Below, piece after piece: positions 1 through 7,371 of a stretch of 43,084 nt of DNA; the stretch's first letter is position 1, and each line of letters begins with the position of its first letter. Made by a program: the position numbers and the translations under genes. Location of the stretch: the NCBI GenBank assembly GCA_032260445.1, contig JAVVFG010000002.1, positions 1-43,084 on the forward strand. Reading direction: 5' to 3'. The notes below the pieces were generated by a model, which had not been told where the DNA came from, searched no databases, and saw only the letters and a list, made by a program, of their open reading frames with translations. This stretch comes from Anaerolineae bacterium (GTDB lineage Bacteria > Chloroflexota > Anaerolineae > Promineifilales > Promineifilaceae).

Positions 1-947
1 GCTTCGCCGCGGCCGAGGGCATTGAGGAGGCGGGCGAGATAGGCCATGCGCAGGGCGCCAGTCTCGCGGACGGCGCCGCCACGATGGGGGCTGAGGACGA
101 CGTTGTCGAGGGTGTGGAACGGGAAGCCGGCGGGCGGTGTGTTGGCGCGGGCGGCCTCGTCTTCGGGGTAGTTGTACCAGACGTCAAGTCCGGCGCCGGC
201 TAGATGGCCGCTCTGCAGCGCCACGAACAGGGCTTCCTGGTCGACGATGGAGCCGCGCCCCACGTTGACGAGGACGGCGCCGGGGGGCAAGCGGCCGAGC
301 GCGGCGCCGTCGATCAGACCTTCAGTCTCCTCAGTGAGCGGTAGAGTGATGATCAGCACGTGGGCGCGCGGCAGCAGCTCGTCCAGGCGGTCACCAGGGT
401 AGATGACGACGCCTATTTCATCGACGGTTGCCCCAGGGATGGAACGCCGCGTTGCCAGGACCTCCATGCCGAGGGCGCGGCAGGCACGGGCAACGCGGCG
501 CCCGATGGCGCCGTAACCGAGGATGAGTGCCGTCTTGCCGTCGAGCAACACGGAGGGATTGGGCTGGTAGCGCGGGCGCCAGTCGTGCTGGCGCAGGGCG
601 CGATCGAGGGGCACGATGAACTTGGCCGCCGCGAGCAGCAGCGCGAGCGTGAGTTCGGCTACCGGGGCAGCATTGTGGTGCAGGTTATGCACGCGTATCT
701 GCGGAAAGCCGCGCATGAGCTCCCGTGTCTCTGCAGGGATGCCTGCCCAGGGAATGATTAGCGTGTGCAGGTCAGCGCTGGCGGCGAGCTGCTCGCGCGT
801 GGGGCGGCCCGCGACAAGAACCTGGTAAGCGGCGGGCTCGGGCTGCTCGGGGCCGAGGAGCAGGTTGACGCCAGGATCGAGCTGCTGGCGCAGGAGCGCT
901 GCCTCGCTTTCTTGTGGCGGGTGAGGCAAGAAGACACGCAAGATCAT
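1..947 (-). CDS. D-isomer-specific 2-hydroxyacid dehydrogenase family protein. The C-terminus is cut by the window edge, and it is absent from the supplied ORF track because it has no in-window stop.
   Basis: Own minus-strand translation from the ATG at 947-945 gives MILRVFLPHPPQESEAALLRQQLDPGVNLLLG... It contains the NAD-binding motif GKTALILGYGAIGRRVARA (about 485-540) and the VNVGRGSIVD and SPHRGG motifs. The frame is open to position 1. The start overlaps the stop of the upstream hydratase gene as ATGA (944-947). Confidence 0.8.
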   Translation of the reverse strand, partial: MILRVFLPHPPQESEAALLRQQLDPGVNLLLGPEQPEPAAYQVLVAGRPTREQLAASADLHTLIIPWAGIPAETRELMRGFPQIRVHNLHHNAAPVAELTLALLLAAAKFIVPLDRALRQHDWRPRYQPNPSVLLDGKTALILGYGAIGRRVARACRALGMEVLATRRSIPGATVDEIGVVIYPGDRLDELLPRAHVLIITLPLTEETEGLIDGAALGRLPPGAVLVNVGRGSIVDQEALFVALQSGHLAGAGLDVWYNYPEDEAARANTPPAGFPFHTLDNVVLSPHRGGAVRETGALRMAYLARLLNALGRGE

Positions 948-1717
948 CTTCCCTGCCAGCTGGCGCGCCGCTTGTTAATGAACGCGTCCATACCTTCTTT
1001 CTGATCTTCGGTGCTGAAGAGCATGTAGAAGAGGCGGCGCTCGTGGGCGAGACCGGCCTGGAGCGACGTCTCAAAAGCTGCGTTGATCGCTTCTTTGGCC
1101 ATGCGCACGGCGACGGGGGCCTGAGCAGCGATTGGGGCGGCAAAGCGGACGGCTTCTTCGAGATAGCTCTCGACGGGCACGATCTTATTGGCGAGGCCGT
1201 GCTGGACGGCTTCCCCAGCGGTGAGGCGGCGATCAGCGAGAATGATCTCCATGGCGAGGGCTTTGCCGACGGCACGTGTCAGTCGCTGGGTGCCGCCGGC
1301 TCCTGGGATGACCCCCAGGTTGATCTCCGGCTGGCCAAACTGGGCGCTTTCGCTGGCGATGATCATATCGCAGGCCATGGCAAATTCGCAGCCGCCGCCG
1401 AGAGCGTAGCCGGAGACGGCAGCGACGAGGGGTTTGCCGAGCCGGCGCAGGCGATCCCAATAGTCGATGAACGGGTTGTTGAGCATGTCGACCGGCGTGG
1501 CGTGGGCCATCTCTTTGATATCCGCGCCAGCGGCGAAGGCTCGTTCGTTACCGGTGACGAGCAAGCAGCCAATCTCTGGGTCGGCGTCAAACCGCTCGAG
1601 CGCATCCAGGGTTTCGGCCATCATTTCCCGGTTCAGCGCGTTGAGGGCTTGCGGCCGGTTGAACTGGACAATGCCGACGCCCTGCTCAGAACGGACCAGA
1701 ATGTTTTCGTATTCCAT
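944..1717 (-). CDS. enoyl-CoA hydratase/isomerase (crotonase) family protein
   Basis: 257-aa ORF with crotonase hallmarks FAAGADIKEM, GYALGGGCEFAMACD and FGQPEINLGVIPGAGGTQRL. A GGAGG RBS lies 5 nt upstream of the ATG. Confidence 0.9.
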   Translation of the reverse strand: MEYENILVRSEQGVGIVQFNRPQALNALNREMMAETLDALERFDADPEIGCLLVTGNERAFAAGADIKEMAHATPVDMLNNPFIDYWDRLRRLGKPLVAAVSGYALGGGCEFAMACDMIIASESAQFGQPEINLGVIPGAGGTQRLTRAVGKALAMEIILADRRLTAGEAVQHGLANKIVPVESYLEEAVRFAAPIAAQAPVAVRMAKEAINAAFETSLQAGLAHERRLFYMLFSTEDQKEGMDAFINKRRASWQGR

Positions 1718-1803
1718 GGAAACCTCCGTGTAATAGAAATCTCGATTGCGCGGACGGCTGACTCACCTGCGGCGCGCCGCGAAGCCGGGCCGCGAAGGAA
1801 CTA

Positions 1804-2571
1804 CTAAATGCGATAATCCTCTTCGGTTTTCGGCCAGAGCCGCCAGATGAGCATCAGGTAAAGGGTGGCGCTGATGAGGTAGAGCGGGTGTAGCTCCTGG
1901 CGCGTTGGCTCGACGCCTGGCAGCAGAATGTACCATGCTGTCAGGCTATGCATCGCCTGGATGATGACGGTTCCGAGGAAACTTCCGGTGCGCAGGCGGA
2001 TCAAGCCGTACAGCACGCCCCAGACGAGGAAGTACATGACGCTGACGGTCGTCTCAATGTAAGCCTCTTCAAAGAATTGGGAGGCGATGGCGCCAAATAG
2101 AATGCCGCAGGTAACGGCAGCCGTCAGTGGCCCACGCCAGTTGGCCAGCTCCCGGAAGAGAAAACCGAAGGTCCACAACTGCAAAGCGAATGCTTCGAAC
2201 AGCAGCAGATAGATAAAGGCGCGGCCAAAGTCGGGTGCGACGACGACGTTGGTATTACTGGGAACAAGAAGGCGGGCGGCTAAGAAGATGAGCCAGGCCA
2301 CGGTGGCGAAGCCGATGCTGGCATACAGAGGGCGTCCACCGCGCAGGCCGAGGTCATCGAAGCCATACCAGCGAACGCCAAAGATAAGGCTGGTGATTCC
2401 TAGGCCACCAAGAATGAGGGTGGTGCTGGCACGCCCGGACGGGTCGCGCGCGTCGGGGCCGCCGACGAGAAGAGCGACGACCACACCCAGGAGGACGGCG
2501 CCAAAGAGCGGAGCAACAAAAGCAATGAGGGCACGAATCGCAGGGGGGACGGGGCGGCTTTGTTCTTGCAT
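1804..2571 (-). CDS. polytopic membrane protein of unknown function (possible degenerate CPBP/Abi-like fold)
   Basis: 255-aa ORF with about 7-8 hydrophobic segments. The CPBP-type motifs are not intact (FEAFALQ instead of EExxxR; a single AMHSL His motif). Confidence 0.55.
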   Translation of the reverse strand: MQEQSRPVPPAIRALIAFVAPLFGAVLLGVVVALLVGGPDARDPSGRASTTLILGGLGITSLIFGVRWYGFDDLGLRGGRPLYASIGFATVAWLIFLAARLLVPSNTNVVVAPDFGRAFIYLLLFEAFALQLWTFGFLFRELANWRGPLTAAVTCGILFGAIASQFFEEAYIETTVSVMYFLVWGVLYGLIRLRTGSFLGTVIIQAMHSLTAWYILLPGVEPTRQELHPLYLISATLYLMLIWRLWPKTEEDYRI

Positions 2572-2659
2572 CGTGGCGTCATTGTAGCACCATCTGGTTG
2601 CCGCGACAGGGGGGCTCTGCGGCGTGCATTAAACGATCCTCACTCCTTTGCCGCCCTGG

Positions 2660-2688
2660 TCGACAGACGTTGAGGGATCCGCTATACT
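2660..2688 (+). promoter_or_regulatory. candidate sigma70-type promoter of greA (TCGACA - 17 nt - TATACT)
   Basis: Hexamers read directly: -35 at 2660-2665 and -10 at 2683-2688. It lies about 90 nt upstream of the greA ATG. Confidence 0.4.
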
Positions 2689-2701
2689 CACCGCGAGCAA
2701 T

Positions 2702-2729
2702 AACCCCGCAGGCGGCGGGGTTGTTTGTT
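2702..2729 (+). terminator. terminator-like hairpin in the greA 5' leader (AACCCCGC-aggcg-GCGGGGTT followed by GTTTGTT)
   Basis: 8-bp GC-rich stem at 2702-2709/2715-2722 with a T-rich tail. It lies about 10 nt downstream of the predicted TSS and 50 nt upstream of the greA start. Confidence 0.4.
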
Positions 2730-2778
2730 AACAGAATGGGGGCCGCAGCGCGCGGCCACGGAAAAGACAGGGTGAACG

Positions 2779-3252
2779 ATGGCCGAAAAAGACGTGATTT
2801 ACATAACGGAAGAGGGGCTACAGGCCCTCCAAGCCGAGCTAGAGCACCTGACGACTGTCAAGCGACTTGAGTTGTCGGATCGCCTGCAGAAAGCCATCGG
2901 ACAGGGCGACCTGTCTGAGAACGCCGATTATCACGATGCGAAGCAGGAGCAGGGCTTTCTCGAAGGCAGGATTCTGGAGTTGCAAAATGCGCTGCGCCGG
3001 GCTCAGGTGATTGAGGACCATGGTCTGACCGACCGTGTCCGCGTGGGGAGTACTGTGACGGTCATCGCAGATGGCGAAGCGACGGAAGAGACGTACCGGA
3101 TCGTCGGCGTGCACGAGGCCGCACCGGGTAACGGGTTGATCTCCAACGAGTCTCCCTTTGGCCGTGCGCTGTTGGGCGCAAAGGTAGGAGATACGGTACG
3201 TGTGACCACGCCGGGCGGGGGCATTGATCTCAAAGTGAAGGCAATATCCTGA
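2779..3252 (+). CDS. greA: transcription elongation factor GreA
   Basis: 157 aa. The N-terminal coiled-coil reads ...LEHLTTVKRLELSDRLQKAIGQGDLSENADYHDAKQEQGFLEGRILELQ..., and a C-terminal globular domain follows. Confidence 0.95.
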   Translation: MAEKDVIYITEEGLQALQAELEHLTTVKRLELSDRLQKAIGQGDLSENADYHDAKQEQGFLEGRILELQNALRRAQVIEDHGLTDRVRVGSTVTVIADGEATEETYRIVGVHEAAPGNGLISNESPFGRALLGAKVGDTVRVTTPGGGIDLKVKAIS

Positions 3253-3284
3253 CTGCTGTGGCGGGAGTGGCTGCTGGCGGGCGG

Positions 3285-5381
3285 TTATTCGGGCTCGTAG
3301 GCGGCTTCGCCGCGCGGATCGCCGAGTAAGCAGCGGCGGAGCTGGGATGCATCGCCGCGGCGCAGGAACGTCGTCACCTGGTCGCCAACGCGCAGCCGAG
3401 TGTCGCCGTGGGGAATCAGCAGGTTCCCCTGGCGGCGAATGGCGACGATCACACAATCCTGGGGAAGCAGGGGGCTTAAGCCAACAAGCGACTTGCCGAC
3501 GGCCGGGCTACCGGCCGGGAGCTCGACTTCGAGGAACTCGGCCTGATCGCTGGCGGTGAGGCGAACGGAGGTGGGTGCGCCAGGATGGCTCGTACGGCGC
3601 GCCAGGGCGATGTTGTAGGCTTTGATGATGTCACGACGCCGGATAACGCCGACGACTCTTCCCGGATCCTCACGGGAGACGACGGGTAGCTTGTTGACAT
3701 CGCGTACGGCGAGGCGGGCCAGGGCATCGCCCATCGGTTCATCTTCGTAGGCAACCAGGAGCTGGGTCGTCGTGGCAATGTCACGCGCGACGCGGCCGTC
3801 GAGCAATCCCCCTTCGCCGATCGCGCGCTCATAGTCAGTGATGCTCACCACGCCCGCAAGATGGTGGTTCTTGTCGACCATGGGGAAACTGTGAGAATGG
3901 GTTCGTTCGAAGAAGCGGCCCAGCTCAGGAAGCGGCATGTCTTCTTCTACGACGTAGACATCGCGGGTCATCGCTTCGCGAACGAACAGCCCTTGCATGA
4001 TATCGACGTCGCGACCGCGCTGGAGGGTGATGCCCTTCAGACGTAGCTTGAGCGTGTAGATCGATTCGCGGAAGAGGTGTTCGGCCAGCAACGTGGAGAG
4101 AACCGTCGCCAACATCAGGGGGAGAATGAGCTGGTAGTCGTTGGACATTTCGAAGACGATGAGTACGGCGGTGATCGGGGCGCGTGCTGCCCCAGAGAAG
4201 ACCGCCGCCATGCCGACGATGGCGTAGGCGCCCGGGTTGACGGCGACGGACGGCCACCAGGCGTTGGCCAGGTTACCGATGATGCCGCCTAACATGGCGC
4301 CCACGAAGAGACTGGGGGCAAAGACGCCGCCGGAGTTGCCGCTGCCCAGGGTAAAAGTCGTGGCGATGATCTTCAGGAGGAGCATGGCGAGCATGAGCTG
4401 CAGAGACATGTCGAAGTCAAAGGCGATGGCGTTGCCGATGAAGGCCATGCCGGAGCCGAGGACTTCGCGGCCGGGCAAGAGCAGCCCAACGAGCGCGGTG
4501 AGAATCATGCCGAGGGCAGCCTTAAAGGAGGGCGGCACACGCCACTGGTCGAAGAGGCTCTCGGCGCGGTAGAGGACACGGATAAAGAGGACAGCGATCA
4601 GCGCGGCAAGAAGGCCGAGCGTGATGTAGACGGGCAGCTCGCCGAGGCTATTGAGGGGATAAGCAGGCACGGCGAAGGCGGGCTCATTGCCCAGGAAGGA
4701 GCGGCCGACGATCGCCGCAGAAACGGCGCTGATAACGACGGCGCCAAAGTAGCGGACGGTGAAACGGCCAAGGATGACCTCCAGGGCGAAGATGCTGCCG
4801 GCGATAGGGGCGTTGAAGGTGGCGGCAATACCGGCAGCGGCGCCGCAGGCGACCAGAGTGCGCACACGTTCGGCGGAGAAGTGGAGCAGCTGGCCGATGG
4901 TCGAGCCGAGGGCGGAGCCAACCTGGACAATGGGGCCTTCGCGCCCGGCGGAGCCACCGGCGCCGATGGTGAGCGAGGAGGCGAGGACTTTGAGGGCGGC
5001 GATGCGCGGGCGGATACGGCCGGCGCGTAGGGCGACGGCTTCCATGACCTCTGGTACGCCGTGCCCTTTGGCTTCGCGCGCCCAGTGGTCGACGATGAAG
5101 CCGACGAGGAGGCCGGCGAGGGCCATGACGGCAATGAGGCCGAGCGCAGTGCCCAGGAGGTCCTGCACGGAGCGGGCGATCGCGCCGATTTCGGCGAGGA
5201 GCCAGATGAAGGCAACGGCGCCGAGGCCAGTGCCAGTACCGGTGACCACAGCAGTCAGGACGAGGACGAGGGAGTCGGGGGGCTGGACACGGTCGAGATA
5301 CTGGCGCAATTTCTGGCTTTTGGCGGCGAGCCAAGGAGGTGACGGTAGCTCGGCGGCGGTAGGGACATTCGCCTCTTTCAC
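3285..5381 (-). CDS. ClC-family chloride channel / H+-Cl- antiporter with C-terminal CBS pair and TrkA-C (RCK_C)-like domain
   Basis: 698 aa with ClC selectivity motifs GSAGREGPIVQVGS and GSGNSGGVFAPSLF. It has a tandem CBS-like region and a C-terminal VAIRRQGNLLIPHGDTRLRVGDQV segment. GTG start with an AAGGTG RBS. Confidence 0.9.
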   Translation of the reverse strand: MKEANVPTAAELPSPPWLAAKSQKLRQYLDRVQPPDSLVLVLTAVVTGTGTGLGAVAFIWLLAEIGAIARSVQDLLGTALGLIAVMALAGLLVGFIVDHWAREAKGHGVPEVMEAVALRAGRIRPRIAALKVLASSLTIGAGGSAGREGPIVQVGSALGSTIGQLLHFSAERVRTLVACGAAAGIAATFNAPIAGSIFALEVILGRFTVRYFGAVVISAVSAAIVGRSFLGNEPAFAVPAYPLNSLGELPVYITLGLLAALIAVLFIRVLYRAESLFDQWRVPPSFKAALGMILTALVGLLLPGREVLGSGMAFIGNAIAFDFDMSLQLMLAMLLLKIIATTFTLGSGNSGGVFAPSLFVGAMLGGIIGNLANAWWPSVAVNPGAYAIVGMAAVFSGAARAPITAVLIVFEMSNDYQLILPLMLATVLSTLLAEHLFRESIYTLKLRLKGITLQRGRDVDIMQGLFVREAMTRDVYVVEEDMPLPELGRFFERTHSHSFPMVDKNHHLAGVVSITDYERAIGEGGLLDGRVARDIATTTQLLVAYEDEPMGDALARLAVRDVNKLPVVSREDPGRVVGVIRRRDIIKAYNIALARRTSHPGAPTSVRLTASDQAEFLEVELPAGSPAVGKSLVGLSPLLPQDCVIVAIRRQGNLLIPHGDTRLRVGDQVTTFLRRGDASQLRRCLLGDPRGEAAYEPE

Positions 5382-5393
5382 GTCTTTTTCACC

Positions 5394-7370
5394 TTATGGA
5401 AATTGTGGTTTGGGCAGCGGCAGGACGTCGCCGTTGCCGGGAATGGGTACGCGCGCGCCGGTATCAGGGTGATAGAGGCCGCTTTGCAGCGCGGCGATGG
5501 CGGAGGTGTCGACGGCAAGCTCGTGGCGCTGGAGGATGAGGTCGCCGGGCTGCCAGTAGGCGGCGGGGGCGCCAAGGTCGTCGCCGGCGGTGATGACCTG
5601 ACCCTGGTCGTCGAGGGCGTGGAGGAAGATGCGGCGCAGCTCGCCGGGGGGCTGCAGGACGCGCCAGTAGGTGATGACCTGGCAGGGCTGACCGCTGGCG
5701 GGCTGGCAGCTGGGACCATCGAACGAGTGGCCGAGGAAGAGGAGCTCATCGCCAAAGGGGACGGAGGCGGGGAAGCCGGGGGTGGGCTGCAGCTGGCGGC
5801 TGAGCTGGTACTGGGCAAAGCGGCCGTGAACGGTGCGCTGCACGCCCCACTCTGCCAGCTCGGCGGCGAGGACGGGATGCACCGGCAGGACCGCCGGCAG
5901 GAGCAGGCGGGCGGGCTGCTGCGGCGTGGCCTCGGCCGGTAGGATGACGGCGCGCAGCGGGTGGAAGTGGCGCAGGGTGAGATCTTCGCGCTGCAGGTAG
6001 AGAGCCATGGTGGGCGCGTCCATGGATTCGGGCGACCACCCACCGATGGCGACGGCGCCGGCAGAGTCAGCGCTGATAGTTGCGAGGGCGCGGGCGTCGA
6101 GGTAGTGGGCGGCGTCGCGCAGGGCGGTCTGCCAGGTGAATTCCACGTCGTCGGCGTCGCCGGGCCAGGTGATGAGGATGTCTCTGGCAGTGAACACGGC
6201 GGTGAAGAGAATGATGGCGAGGAAGACAGCTGAAATAAACCACACCCTAAGCGTTTCTGTGGATAACCGGCCGGTTTCTGTGGATAACTTGCCCCAACTG
6301 TGCATAACTATGGCCGGTAAGGTGGTGAGAACCGGCAAGATATTGATCATACGTATCGTGCTAGGCGCATCTATAGTCATTACACTAGGAATAAACGCCG
6401 TAAATATCCACAGGAGAAGGAAACCATAGCGGGCATCCTTCACGCGCCAGAAGCTGTAGAGCAGACATCCGTAAAAGAAGATCGCTAGCAGTGGATGGAA
6501 AACCGTGCGGAAGGGTACGCCCTGGCGCCAAAGCGGGTCACCACGGAGGCCAAAGCCGGCAAGAATATCCACAGTGTTATCCACAACCGGCCGGAAGTTG
6601 CCTTTGAACATATCGCGCATCGGCTCGTTGACTTCGTAGACGCGCACCTCGGCTTCGGGGTTGAGCTGGAGATAGGCGACCAAGGGCACCGCGACGACAG
6701 CGAACAGTAGCCAGAAGAAGAGGATGCCACGCCAGCGCCGGCGAAAGGCTTTCCAGTGCAACAGCAGCAGGTAGAGGGTGAACGCGGCGTAGAAGATGGG
6801 GACGGTGCGCGCAGCCATATAGGTGTAGAGGCTGAGCCCGGCGACGAGCCCGGCAAGTAGGAAGTCGCGGGTACTGCGGGCTGGTGGCGCATTTTCCCGA
6901 TGGCCCCAGGCGCGCCACCAGATGTAGGCGGAGGCACCAGAAAGCAGGGGCAGGCTGATGGCGCGCAGTGCCTGGCGGCTGTAGAAGACGGACCAGAAGA
7001 GCACGGCGAGCAGGGCAGCGGCGAGCAAGGCGACGTTACGGCCAAAGAGGCGGCGGTTGAGGGCGTAGGTCACGGAGATACCCAGCAGGCCGGCAAAGGC
7101 CGACGGCAACCGCAGGGCGAGGGCGTTATCGCCGATCAGGCCGGCGAAAATGGCCTGGACGTAGTGAAAGAGGGCTTCGTGACCGTAAGCGTAGGGGAAA
7201 TAGATGCTGTGCTCGCCGTTGAAGATGCGGCGGACGATGAGCCAGTTGGCCACCTCGTCGTGCGAAAGGCCGGGCGGGGAGAGCTCGAACAGGCCATAGA
7301 GGCGGAGGGCAGCCGCAAGCAAGAGGACGGGAACAAGCCAGGCAAGCGCGCGGCGTCGGGTTAGCTGCAT
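5394..7370 (-). CDS. GT-C fold glycosyltransferase, family 39 / ArnT-PMT_2-like, with extracytoplasmic C-terminal domain
   Basis: 658 aa. The N-terminus LRLYGLFELSPPGLSHDEVANW... is followed by more than 10 TM segments, as is typical of PMT_2/ArnT-like enzymes. The start ATG lies 1 nt after the stop of the upstream YfhO-flippase gene. Confidence 0.85.
   Translation of the reverse strand: MQLTRRRALAWLVPVLLLAAALRLYGLFELSPPGLSHDEVANWLIVRRIFNGEHSIYFPYAYGHEALFHYVQAIFAGLIGDNALALRLPSAFAGLLGISVTYALNRRLFGRNVALLAAALLAVLFWSVFYSRQALRAISLPLLSGASAYIWWRAWGHRENAPPARSTRDFLLAGLVAGLSLYTYMAARTVPIFYAAFTLYLLLLHWKAFRRRWRGILFFWLLFAVVAVPLVAYLQLNPEAEVRVYEVNEPMRDMFKGNFRPVVDNTVDILAGFGLRGDPLWRQGVPFRTVFHPLLAIFFYGCLLYSFWRVKDARYGFLLLWIFTAFIPSVMTIDAPSTIRMINILPVLTTLPAIVMHSWGKLSTETGRLSTETLRVWFISAVFLAIILFTAVFTARDILITWPGDADDVEFTWQTALRDAAHYLDARALATISADSAGAVAIGGWSPESMDAPTMALYLQREDLTLRHFHPLRAVILPAEATPQQPARLLLPAVLPVHPVLAAELAEWGVQRTVHGRFAQYQLSRQLQPTPGFPASVPFGDELLFLGHSFDGPSCQPASGQPCQVITYWRVLQPPGELRRIFLHALDDQGQVITAGDDLGAPAAYWQPGDLILQRHELAVDTSAIAALQSGLYHPDTGARVPIPGNGDVLPLPKPQFP
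6252..6293. repeat. 21-bp tandem duplication inside the GT39 CDS (18/21 identical)
   Basis: The units are cgtttctgtggataaccggcc (6252-6272) and ggtttctgtggataacttgcc (6273-6293). The protein reads ...KLSTETGRLSTETLR... Confidence 0.9.
6258..6585. promoter_or_regulatory. cluster of DnaA-box consensus 9-mers (TTATCCACA) within a low-GC patch; function unproven
   Basis: Perfect boxes lie at 6258-6266 (-), 6279-6287 (-) and 6577-6585 (+). 8/9 boxes (ATATCCACA) lie at 6404-6412 (+) and 6565-6573 (+). Confidence 0.5.
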
Positions 7371-7371
7371 G

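Noticed and set aside
6225-6600. Calling the DnaA-box patch the chromosomal origin (oriC)
   Set aside because: The window contains no dnaA or dnaN. The boxes lie inside an intact coding frame. The lowest-GC stretch (about 43-47% GC) lacks a clear AT-rich 13-mer-type unwinding element. It is reported only as a DnaA-box cluster of unknown role.
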